Below are positions 36,483 to 47,272 of a stretch of 64,000 nucleotides of DNA, piece after piece. Below the pieces are notes generated by a model. It was not told where the DNA came from and did not search any database. It saw nothing but the letters and a program-made list of their open reading frames with translations. Each line of letters starts with the position of its first letter. The first letter of the stretch is position 1. Made by a program: the position numbers and the translations under genes. The stretch comes from Takakia lepidozioides (lineage: Eukaryota; Plantae; Bryophyta), in contig CM060732.1 in the NCBI GenBank assembly GCA_030704615.1, forward strand, positions 41,540,001 to 41,604,000, read 5' to 3'.

Positions 36483-36966
36483 CATGATCTTGATTTCACG
36501 ATGATCATCGACGACATCTATCCAAATGCCGGGAAATAAATAAATATTTTTATTTTTATTTTTATTTTTTTGAATTCTCATGGACCTTACACCCCCTTAA
36601 TTCCCAGCCTTGTTTCCCTCCGCGAACATGGCTGTTCGCTAAGGGTTAGGGTTAGGGTTTGAGGTTACGATTTGCAGTGTTTCCCTGGTTTGCCGTGTTT
36701 CCGTTGTAATGACGTCACCTTAATTCCCAGCCTGTTTCCCTTCACGAACATGGCAGTTCACTAAGAATTAAGATTAGGGTTTGCCGGGTTTGCTGTATTT
36801 GCCAATTTGTCGTGTTTGCCATGTTTCCGCGGTAATGGGTGCTCATACGAGGAAATACACCCTACATCTTCCATCATTCTCGTGCCACGTGGACTAGGCT
36901 CATGTCAGGCTCTTGGGCTCACAGGCTCCTGGGCTCGCGTGGCTAGGCTCACACTCTAGCATTCCC

Positions 36967-37266
36967 CATAGCTGGTGCCATCAGCTATGGTGACCTCAAT
37001 ACCCTTGGCTGGAGACATTTTTAAACCCAGGATTTGAACCACATGCAAAGGAATGGTAGAGACTGTCAGCCCGTGTCTATGACACATTGAAAAGATAAGT
37101 GACCAATATGACACTGTGTCATCAAAGGGTGAATTCGCTCTCTATTCTTGGTTGTCAACACCTCAGTATGGAGCAACTTGAAATTGGTGGACACAAACAA
37201 AGTAGCTGAGGGTTTAGAAGGTCTACACCTGTGATCACCTGGCCCTTCCTTAGTAGATGACCTCAC
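36967..37266 (-). mobile_element. Gypsy aspartic protease, N-terminal half
   Basis: FQCVIDTG followed after a frameshift by TVSTIPLHVVQILGLKMSPAKGIEVTIADGTSY. Confidence 0.8.
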
Positions 37267-38393
37267 TCGTTTAAAGCACCCTTACCCTTTTGATCACGTT
37301 TCCACTGCTCATAGATGGCAGGTAAGTCTGGCTGCATGGGGCAAATCTTGGTCCAGTGCTCAGTGCTCTTACAAATCAGGCAGGCTGCTCGTTCCTGATA
37401 GCCTGAACCAGTATTGGTTCGACCTCTATAACCTGCCTTCCTTTCACCATCATCAGAAGTCCGCCAATGACTTTCAGCTTTGAAAGCCTGCAGCTCTGTC
37501 CTCACAGTATCATGCACATTTCTCACAACAGCAGGCAACAACTCTAGGCAGCCCTCATCCCCATCAGTACCAGTACATGTATCAACATCATGCAACATGA
37601 CCCGAGACTTTTTGGTAGGAGCTAAACCCCTCTTTGTTGCCTTGATGCGAGCTCTTTCCTCAATGAGCTGAACCATCTCCTTGTCCGTTTTGTATGAGCT
37701 CTTCTCCAAAAACACCTGTTCAGCTGGTGGTAACCCTTTGATGAAAGAAATCTTGGTAGCCAAAGGTCTTTCAGCCACCACTGGCACTACCTTGCACACT
37801 GAAGTCCTGATTTCTGCATAGTACTTCCACACACTTTCTCCTATGCAAAACTTTCTTTCAGGAATGGCATAGTGTGTGGGTTTAATCTCTTGAAACAGCT
37901 GATGAGCCAATTCCTTGGCCATCTTCCAGGAGATTTCTCCCATATCCTGGATACTAGCTTCAAATAGAATCTTAGCCTCTCCCTTTAAACAAAACCTGAA
38001 CGTGCTGGAAATAAATTCCGCTGGCACAACATTCATCTTCATGCTTAATTCAAAGAACCTCAAAAAATTATCAAAATGTTCACCTAGCTTAAACTCTGGG
38101 TATGGCTGTTTGACAGGTTTGGACTCATGAAGCTTGGCAATTGCTGTAGAATTAGTTTGTTTGTTCAACAAAAGTTCCAACAAAGCGGGACAATCAGAGA
38201 TAGTTTTCATGGCATCACAAAGATCTTGTAAGTCTAATCCGTCCGGATAATTGATGCCTCTTGATGTCGCAACAGGTTGTGTCTCAGGACCAGGAACTGA
38301 ATCATCACCAAAGATCTCCTCTATCCCTTCTTTCCATTCACTCATCTTAGCATTCTCGGACTCCAACAGTTTAGCACGACGCCTGGTTAGCAT
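37263..38393 (-). CDS. Retrotransposon Gag with CCHC zinc knuckle
   Basis: Intact 376-aa ORF with EF..GEHFDNFLRFFE…LKGEAK…, GESVWKYY, FIKGLP and CLICKSTEHWTKIC (C-X2-C-X4-H-X4-C). The protease follows in another frame. Confidence 0.85.
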   Translation of the reverse strand: MLTRRRAKLLESENAKMSEWKEGIEEIFGDDSVPGPETQPVATSRGINYPDGLDLQDLCDAMKTISDCPALLELLLNKQTNSTAIAKLHESKPVKQPYPEFKLGEHFDNFLRFFELSMKMNVVPAEFISSTFRFCLKGEAKILFEASIQDMGEISWKMAKELAHQLFQEIKPTHYAIPERKFCIGESVWKYYAEIRTSVCKVVPVVAERPLATKISFIKGLPPAEQVFLEKSSYKTDKEMVQLIEERARIKATKRGLAPTKKSRVMLHDVDTCTGTDGDEGCLELLPAVVRNVHDTVRTELQAFKAESHWRTSDDGERKAGYRGRTNTGSGYQERAACLICKSTEHWTKICPMQPDLPAIYEQWKRDQKGKGALNE

Positions 38394-38434
38394 CCACTAG
38401 GACAACACAAATGAAGATCGAGGCATAGAGAAAA

Positions 38435-39367
38435 TCACTTGTCACTGGGATGCAACATGCACTTCTCCCAATCCGTGATTGTGTAGGAAGAAATGAAACG
38501 ATGATTATAACTGAGATACACGGCTTCGCCCTGCAGATGCCAGAGTGACTGAGCCACCTTCAGCCAAAATGCAACGCGGGTCACCGTGCGCACTACCTTC
38601 TCCTTGACCACCAGGGAGTGCAACGGATACTTGTCAATAGGAGTTTGGACTCGACAGAGCCTAATCTTCTCTTGATCAAAGGTTTTACCAGGAAAAATCA
38701 CAATATCCCGAGCAGAGAGATGGAACAAGTGCTGTGGGACGCCAGTGATGGATTGTTCCCACAAAAAATCATCAGCAGGCTGTTCGGTAGTCCAGGCAGG
38801 GCATATGTTTGTCAGCGCAGCTGCACTCCCACCTTGAACAAGCTCCCAAAAACGATATATATATATAGCCACTAGGAACCTTTGGGTGCAGAAAGCTCTC
38901 AAGGTTGTTGGTGCAATATCGGGTAACAACAAACTTGGGTACTCCCATCTGTGGCCAAATGAGCAGCTCGCCCTGTCCAAGTCGCTCACGGCTGACCTCC
39001 CGAGGTAAGCACTTAGCGATTTCTTTTGCATGCAGCTTCTACAACAGTCTGCCAACAAACGCACCCTACTTAGCTTCAACAATCTTAAACGCTGCTCGTG
39101 TTTCTCTCCTTCAGAATTCACGGTCTTGCGAGCTTCATCAACGGCCGTCTGCTCAAACTTCTCTATCCAGTAAGCCGAGGGCACATCAAGTGGAATATCC
39201 GCGTCTCCCCTCATTGGCGGTTCTCCTTCGTAAGGCCTTAGCACTTCAGGGGACGCAGTGTCATGCACAACACTCAGGAAGACAACTTCAAACGAATCGT
39301 CGTTAATCACAAGCGAAGTAGCATCATTCGAATTGGAAGCCATGGCCGCTGTTTGCACAGTGTTCAT
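38435..39367 (-). CDS. Extra 310-aa ORF immediately upstream of gag, function unknown
   Basis: Uninterrupted ATG-started ORF on the same strand, with its stop 42 bp before the gag ATG. Possible Zn ligands CCRSC…CSFGH. Confidence 0.6.
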   Translation of the reverse strand: MNTVQTAAMASNSNDATSLVINDDSFEVVFLSVVHDTASPEVLRPYEGEPPMRGDADIPLDVPSAYWIEKFEQTAVDEARKTVNSEGEKHEQRLRLLKLSRVRLLADCCRSCMQKKSLSAYLGRSAVSDLDRASCSFGHRWEYPSLLLPDIAPTTLRAFCTQRFLVAIYIYRFWELVQGGSAAALTNICPAWTTEQPADDFLWEQSITGVPQHLFHLSARDIVIFPGKTFDQEKIRLCRVQTPIDKYPLHSLVVKEKVVRTVTRVAFWLKVAQSLWHLQGEAVYLSYNHRFISSYTITDWEKCMLHPSDK

Positions 39368-40029
39368 TCACAAAGCAGGAAGACACAAGACACACAAAAT
39401 CAGCAGAAACAACATACACCAAGAGGGACAAATGATTGAACTTAGTGGATTGCGCCGCCATCTTTCCACCATAGCCACACTAAACCTAGGTTATCATTAT
39501 CAGAACACCAAGGCCGTTAGATTGAAATGCCCCCATCTCCACCAAGAACCCCGACGCAAGGATATGCTCTCGTCCTTTGCGGGTTAAATCATGCACAAGG
39601 AATTGTAAGCTATAGAACTTTGCCAACTGACAGGGGAGGATCTATTGCAGAGCACACATACAATCTGAGCCAATCGTTGCACGCAGCAAAGTATCAACAC
39701 AGTTTCATCTAGTGTCGTTCACACATCCACTGCACCAGTTTGAACACCAAAAACATCATGCCTAAGCCTGATGATCTCTTCATTTAAATAATCGGGAGAG
39801 GCTAATCTAGAGATCCAGATGCCGGACTCTTATTGGACATGCAGATTACAAGACCTCACATCAGCCAACTCAGTTTCCAGGTTGGCTTATCTCGTGACTG
39901 TTAACGTAGGACAATCATATAACCAAAGATAGTTCCTGTCATCATTAATGTCCAACAACCCCGTGCTTTTCATCCAAGGGACTGACAGGAGAGCATATGC
40001 ACCGCCATTGAATCTGGAGCTCCACAATC

Positions 40030-40400
40030 CGTGTTTTGAAATTGGGAAAATCTGGGTCCGGGTTCGAGTTCGGGTATTTGAACACGGGGTCGGGTTATAG
40101 TTGCTGGAAAATATTAGCGGGTTACACGGGTTCGGGTCCGGGTCTTAAGTAATTGATTAAATAAATTAGAAAATTGAGAATAATAAAAAGTATTTGACTG
40201 GAAAAAAAACTAAGTCATAACTACAAATTTTATTTTAGGACATGTTCTTTCAAGATGTACCATACATATATATGGCTCCTTCACAAATTATATACACGAT
40301 GACACAAGAATTAAAATATAATTTAAGATCTACCCATCAATTTCAATTCTTAAACTGGTAAGAAAAATAATATGCCTCATAGATCACTACAGCAAGAAAA
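40030..40400. mobile_element. Internal fragment of the same hAT family as 41041-41935
   Basis: Collinear similarity to 41130-41490 (GGAAAATC.GGGTCCGGGTTC…ATATTAGCGGG…GATTAAATAAATTAGAAAA…TAATATGCCTCA…TAGATCACTA). Confidence 0.7.
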
Positions 40401-41040
40401 CCGCAAACCACACCCTAAACAAACAAAAAACCAAGAGAGAAGAGATGAGGAGGAGCATTATCTGCGAGAAGCTCAACCAGTGAGGGGAGAGAGGCGGCGC
40501 AAGTATAGGTAAGTGTCACATTGTATTTTATGTATTATGGAATGGGCAATCCGGTGGCCATTGTGCCAATCAACGGCTGCAGACCTTAATGGTCCTTTAC
40601 AAAATCAAACTGGTATGTCTGGGCAGCCGTGAGGGCCCCCACATTGTGGCATTTGTGGAAATCTAGGTATGCTTGGAAATATGAGGGGAAACCCCTCGCA
40701 TCAAATCACACCTTTTAACATATATTTCGATATGATGATTGAGGGGAGGAAAGGGTGGGTGACTCTTTGTGCAGCTAGACTTCCCAATGCTTCTCAATAG
40801 AGGAGAAGGCAACTTCTCCAAGATTTCAACTCCTCTTGGGGTAAATGCAAAGTTCTCGCGGATGATATCTCCCCTCGGAATGGCAGGCCCCCACATGAGG
40901 CTGAAGAAGGGATTGCAACTAGAGGCACCGCAGCGCCATAGACTTTAAGCTGAAGACTCAGCTCAGATTTTAGTGGCCTACCTGTTGGGCTTCCTAGACG
41001 CTTGAGGGACGCTTGGGCTTCCTGGACACTGAGTTTACAC

Positions 41041-41935
41041 CAGTGTTGTGCGGGTTCGGCCTTTTTAAGGAACCCGCTGGGTCCGGGTAGGGTTTTTTTT
41101 TCGGAGCCAAGTCCGGATCCGGATCCGGGTTTTTGAAATTTGGAAAATCCGGGTCCGGGTTCAGGTCCGGGTTTGTCAACACGGACTCAGGTTAGGGTCT
41201 GGGTAGTTGTTGGGAAATATTAGCGGGATCACGGGTTCGGATCCGGGTCCTAATTTCTTGATTAAATAAATTAGAAAAACAAGATTAATTAGAGATAAAA
41301 TTATTTTTGGCTGGAAAAAACTTTAAATCCTAATAATGAATTTTATTTTAAGAGACATTCCTTCAAAATATACCATGAATATGAATATGTATACCATGAA
41401 TATGAATTAAAATAGAAGTTTTGAGTTCCTTTTTCTATTTTTAAACATGTTAAGAATAGTAATATGCCTCAAGGGTAGATCACTATAGCATGGATGTGTG
41501 GGATCTGGCCTAATAATAATATATGACGTCTCCTTTGGGAGGTGTAAATTATGGTCCCATAGGGCACAACTTTGTCATAATACTCCGTGGATTGAACCCA
41601 CAACTGCTTTTGAGGTGGTATGTGGGCATTACCACTGGGCTACAACGTGGTGGGGCAGGCTGCTGCAGTGGCCTATTGCTGCTGGTCCCCTCCACACATA
41701 TGACAAAACCTACCAGTTCTAAGGTGGACCCCATGCCCCATATCAAATTAAGACCTGGACCCTGACTCCCTACATTGGCCCGCGGATAGTAGCGGGTTTA
41801 ACGGGTTCTGGACCCAGCAGGGCGGGTTCGGTTCCGGGTCAGGGTCCGGGTTTTTTGTGATAGCACGGGTCCGGGTAGAGTTCCGGGAAACCTCGCCGGG
41901 TACCCGCCTTCAAAACCCGGACGGGTACTACACTG
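41041..41935. mobile_element. Non-autonomous hAT element
   Basis: TIRs CAGTGTTGTGC/GTACTACACTG with a perfect 8-bp TSD GTTTACAC (41033-41040, 41936-41943) and GGGTCCGGGT subterminal repeats. A related end (CCCGCACAACACT) lies at ~42705. Confidence 0.92.
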
Positions 41936-43248
41936 GTTTACACGTTGGGTCCTTGGAATCTTGTTTCCCTGAGATCTACCCTCTTCTGCTTCCTTGCATC
42001 TTAAATTATCAAGCTCCTTTTTGCGGCTATCCTGGTTTCTCTATCAGCCGGATAACTTCCTCTGGTCTTAATTCTTGTCTGTCCATGCTGTTGACTGATA
42101 AGTTTCACTTGAATGCTATGATAGGTCCCTATGACCTTATTCAGTCTATGTACATGCATTCCCTGCACATTCGGTTTAACTTGAACGCTGGTCAGGGGGG
42201 AGTCTCCCCACTCTAAGCTTGGGCCATGCCTCCTCAGGAGGCGTCAAATATTTATTGGGCCATGCGGGCCAGCCTCGTGACGGTTATTTTTGCTAATCTG
42301 TAATCTATTGGGCTCAGTCCCTTTCTGTTAAAAAATAAATAAAGAAAATCTGGCCACAATTTTAAGAGCATTTTGAGCAGCTCTGCAGCTTCTGAGTGGC
42401 TGGACATCATAATGGGCTGTACAAAATCAAGCCTACGATTATGCCAAAGTATAATGCGCCAGCAGCACTGGATGTTTTGCTTCTTAGTTTGCCTCTAAAA
42501 TGGCAGAATCTGCCTCAAAATTCCTTAATATGTATATGTATATATAATATTAAACGTAAAACCCGTACCCCACCTGCTTCACTGCCCCAGGTAGCGGGTA
42601 GAGGGGCTTTTGGATCCACTAGGCGCGTCCGGGTATTTACGTTGTGGGTTCCCATCCGGGTTACCCGGATCCTAACCCGCGTACCCAGGGTCAGGACCCT
42701 TACCCGCACAACACTCGTAATACCCGGATCACCATTTATCCGACCAACACTGGTTTCTCTTTCCTGCATTTGTTTTCCACTTCCTTTCCTCGTCTTGTTT
42801 CTATTCCTGAGTTCCGTGTTTTTCGTTTTCGGCTCGGACTTGGCCCTTTCGTTTGGACGAAGCTGCTTCTCAAGTTACTTATCAATTGCACCTTTTCCCT
42901 TCAATTTTTTTTTTCCCCTCAATAATTCCAAATAAAGTTCTTTCACGGGCGCCTCTGTCCCCTGTTCCATTTAAAAAAAAAATTGAACCTACCGAGAAAA
43001 CAGGAAAGAAAAAGAAAAGAGAAGTAAAAAGGGACAAAACAAGGGCTCTAAATCCCTGGCACCACCTCATTAGCATAGGAGCCAACAACGAACTATGAGC
43101 GAATTCTTTTGCCTTCTAGAATTTACAACTACCTCCATGCAGGTAGTTTTAGATTTACTACATGAAGGTAGTAGCTGCAAAAACAGGTTGAACAGGTTAT
43201 CCTTCATGAGAGAAGTCGCAAACAAGTAACAACACAACAAGTAAATAT

Positions 43249-44592
43249 AGGGTGAGGCATTATCCGGAGGGGCTTCTAGTACCTGAGGCCCTGTAATACG
43301 AGGGCGGAGCCCGAGGATTATAGATAGGGAATTCCAAAAAGGCCTTGATGTGAAATGCATGGCAATTCACTTGATCACCCCCCTAAAAGTGCGCAATTCA
43401 ATTGAATTGCAAGGGCAATTCAATTGAACTGCTAAAACTAGCTTGAAAACAACCCTAATTTGCAATTCAATTGAATTGTCGGCACATGATTCAATTGAAT
43501 TGCGAATTGGCAGCCTACGGGCATTCAAAGGGTTTTAATTTTTTTCCCTTAAATAATCATTTAATAAATTTCCGTCCCTGTTATAAAAAAAAAAAAAAAC
43601 TAAAAATTGCGAATTGGCAATTCCATTGAATTGTAATCTATAATTTTTAACTTATTTCTGTATATAATATATAATATATGTATATGTATATATTCCAATT
43701 ATACTTATACACATATAAGAGTATAAGCTAAAAATACATGTTGCCCGTCTATTCTTGCTGCCCCTCTTTCTTGTGCCCTTGAGGAAATTGTGGAGTTGTG
43801 AAGCCAGCCTCAGCCTCAGCGAGAAAGGGAGAGCCAGAGAGGGAGAGAGATCAGCAGCTTCTCGTGATTCAGTAGCAAAAGAAACATGGCTAGCTCTGAA
43901 AGAAACAGACAAAATCAAACCTGACAATTGATGAAAGGCTTCCCTTGCATCATCATGTAGTCCCTAACACTAGAATTTGGCCCGGGACAAAAAAAACAAA
44001 TATGTTCATCTTGAGAATTATCCAAAATAATATTGTTTCCATACCCTTACAAAGGTATCATGTTGAAGTTGGGATGTGTGTTCCATATAAAGTTTAATAT
44101 ATCAAACTCTTACATGTTGATACTCTTACATTGGTATCATGTTTGGTATATTTACATAGCCATATATTGGCACCAACATCCACAAAGAGGGACAATCCCG
44201 CTTTTACAAGCGCTTAGTGGCTTCCTCTCTCTCTCTCCCTCTCTCGCTCTCCCCTAGGCTTATCTCAGGCTCAAACCTTACCACGGGCAAATGATTGATA
44301 GACGGACAGCAAAAATAGACGGGCAACATATATTTTTAGCTTATACTTTTGTATGTGTATATGTATAATTTAAATATGTACATATATATACAATATATAC
44401 AGAAATAAGTTAAAAATTACAGATTACAATTCAATTGAATTGCCAAATTAGGGTTGTTTTCAAGCTAGTTTTAGTAGTTCAATTGAATTGCGCACTTTTA
44501 GAGGGGGGGATCAAGTGAATTGCAATGCATTTCACATCAAGGCCCTTTCGGAATTCCCTAGCTGGAAGCCCCGCGGGATAATGCCTCACCCT
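43249..44592. mobile_element. Long-TIR foldback/MITE-like element
   Basis: AGGGTGAGGCATTATCC…/…GGATAATGCCTCACCCT. Inverted similarity extends to about 43750 and 44318, with repeated AATTCAATTGAATT palindromes. TSD unclear. Confidence 0.8.
43513..43604 (+). mobile_element. Severely 5'-truncated LINE 3' end
   Basis: AAAGGGTTTTAATTTTTTTCCC.T.AAATAAT…AATAAA…poly(A), similar to the LINE tail at 32695-32800. Flanked by a 15-bp TSD AATTGCGAATTGGCA (43498-43512, 43605-43619). Confidence 0.85.
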
Positions 44593-45092
44593 GCATAAAG
44601 CCCGACGGAACCTGTGTATGCCGTAGATCCAAGGCTGGATGAGCCTTACACTTTTTTCCCTGCGTCAGAGGGATCTTACGCGTAAGCTCCCGCTCACGGG
44701 CAGTGGTTGTTTTTTTGGCAAATAATCGCCAGATTTTGACCTGGAAAAATGGGTCAGCTACTTTTACTAAGGAATTCTGGGATTAAAAATCAAGAAAATC
44801 GACAGAAAGCGCCAAGTGATAAACACCAGAAGCCAGATTTGTCCTACGTGGGCCTGTTAAAATATGACACCTGTAATATAGCCTCTTTTCCAGCTCTGTC
44901 ACCTCGTTATTCTCACCACATTGGGTAGAATCTACATGTCGCCCTGCCAGCGATTTTGGAAAAGTGAAAAAAAAAACACTGCTCAAAGGGGAGCTCACAC
45001 GCCCATGAGGGCGCTCACGTGTGACGCCCTAATAGCCCCAATTCTGCTCTACAACCCGCCCCATAAACCTATGGAAAAAATATCATAGGGCT

Positions 45093-46120
45093 TTAGTGTA
45101 ATGCCCTGAGTGGAGGGCATATAGCCCTTGGGCCAGTGCCCTCAAATCCGGGAATGCCCTCCACTCAGGGCATTACACTGCATAAAGCACGTGCAACAAA
45201 AAGGTACGTTAGAAGCAGGTGTGGCAGATTCCGCCATTTTTTTGGCCTAATTCTCAGGCCGAATCGGCCACCCAGGGTAGAATCGGCAGGGATGGCCGAT
45301 TACGCACAGAGGACGGCAGATCTACCACCGAGGCCCATGTCATCAGCTATCAACCCACCCACCTTCCCGAGGCCCGCCCCGTTTATATCCTCTCCGGGGC
45401 TCTGAATCTGGGCAATCGATATGGGATAATTGAACCTCAATCATATTGCGCCGCGTAACGGTGAGAATCCACCACACCTGCTTTTAACGCCAGTGAACGG
45501 GCCGCGTTGGCCGACTCTGCCCTGTGCTCGCTGGTGCATTACACTCGGGTGTAATGCCCGCAGTACGTTTTTGTACTAGACAACGGGCCGTGTTTGGTGG
45601 ACTCTGCCCAAAGGCTGCTTACAGGGTAGAGTCCGCCAAACATGGCCCGTTCTCTAGTACAAAAAGGTACTCCGATGGACTCGCCCAAACTGCTTACAAG
45701 GCAGAGTCCGCCAAACACGGCCCGTTCTCTAGTACAAAAGGTACTGCGGGCACCCGAGTGTAATGCACCAGCCTCGCTGCCCTGTGTATTACAGGAAGTG
45801 TAATGCCCAGCCCGGCCAAGCCATGAATTCTGGTTTTTGACGGCACAATAAATACAAAGAGAAAATGCAAAGTGCTTTATGTATAGTGTAATGCCCTGAG
45901 TGGAGGGCATTCTCGGATTTGAGGGCACTGGCCAGGACGGTAGCCTGAGCGAAGGCCCGAAAATCCGGGAATGCCCTCCACTCAGGGCATTAAACTGCAT
46001 AAAGCACCTGCAACAAAAAGGTACGGCGGGCATTACACCCAAGTGTAATGCACCAGCCAAGCGATGGTTTTTGAAGGCACGATAAATACAAAGAGAAAAA
46101 ATGCAAAGTGCTTTATGTAA
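45093..46120. repeat. Repeat element built from GCATTACAC/GTGTAATGC inverted units
   Basis: AGTGTAATGCCCTGAGTGGAGGGCAT and its reverse complement occur at ~45095/45153 and again at ~45886/45971. Palindromes GCATTACAC.C.(G/A)GTGTAATGC at ~45537 and ~46030. Tandem GCTTACA.GG.AGAGTCCGCCAAACA.GGCCCGTTCTCTAGTACAAAAG. Confidence 0.7.
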
Positions 46121-47272
46121 GAGGGTGGACGCGGTCAAAGTGAGCGACTGCGCAGAAGCTACGCAGTTGCTCAAAAGTCCACAATTTGACCAACGCACGG
46201 GGTCAAGAATCGCAAGTGTGTCCTACTTGCCTCGCTGGCAGCCGCCCATGCTACCCCCCCTCGCCCCAAATCGAGAAACCAGATTTTCAAAGGAAAGACC
46301 AAGAATGGAACACCCCCCGATGCCACGCGGATCCCGTGGATTCGATACCCAGCCATCGCGCTCGCCATCTGGCCACCTCAGCGACGGCTCGGAGATCCTT
46401 TTCCCAGTTTTGCATATCATTAAATTTATTCTCCTGTATATTCTGGATATTGATTAATCGAGAACGGAAAGCCTGATGGATGAGATACAACAAGTATCAT
46501 CCATATTTCGCACTTGGATCCGTTTGCTATTTTTTAGTGTTGGGGACACGTGGGCCCGGATACGGTATTCCTGGGTCAATGGCACACGCTGATTTGTCTC
46601 CGCGAAATCCCAATATCCGTTCGATAATATGAAGTCCTTTCTATTTTATATTCTCTGTAGTAGAAAACACGAGTGTGGGGGGATTTGATCCCCGGCGGAG
46701 TGAGTCGTGAGCACGCATTGACGGGAAGCTATGGCGGCCGGGTGCGAGAAGAGTTCTGGTCTTCGCTGGCTCCCGTCTTCTTCTCGGACTTGGCCCTCGC
46801 GCATATCTTCCCTCTTTCATTCCCCATCGCTGTCTGTTGCCGCGAAAGATTGTTAGCTTCGGGGTCGGAGGTTGACAGGAAGTTCAACGGTATAGGTTCA
46901 TTGATGCAGCTGTGTTAGAAGAGATCGAACTAGAACTGAGGTGTAGAGAGATTTGCGCGAGAGAGATTTGCGCGAGAGAGATTTGTACGCTCACCGTCAG
47001 CACAGAGAGGGGGCAGGGAGGCCAGGGCTGAGGAGTCTAATTGCAGATGAGAGACGTGACGATCGATCATGAATAGCATGTGTATGTACATAACGACGTC
47101 GGCGATAATTGCAGATAGATCTAAGGACGATTCGAAGGGACACAGTTTGGAAATCATACAGAAATTGAGGGAGCGAATCTTACCCGAATTGACGGACGCA
47201 CATCTGAGACTACATATTTCGAAGTTCATATATCTGCCGGGCTTGGGTGTGCTGGACGCGCAGACCTGAGAG

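Noticed and set aside
36645-36660. Telomere-like TAGGGT repeats (also near 33250 and 36775)
   Set aside because: Only 2-3 units inside TE subterminal sequence; not an interstitial telomere array.
40640-42230. Possible LINE ORF1/endonuclease remnant around the hAT insertion
   Set aside because: No diagnostic motif could be read with confidence.
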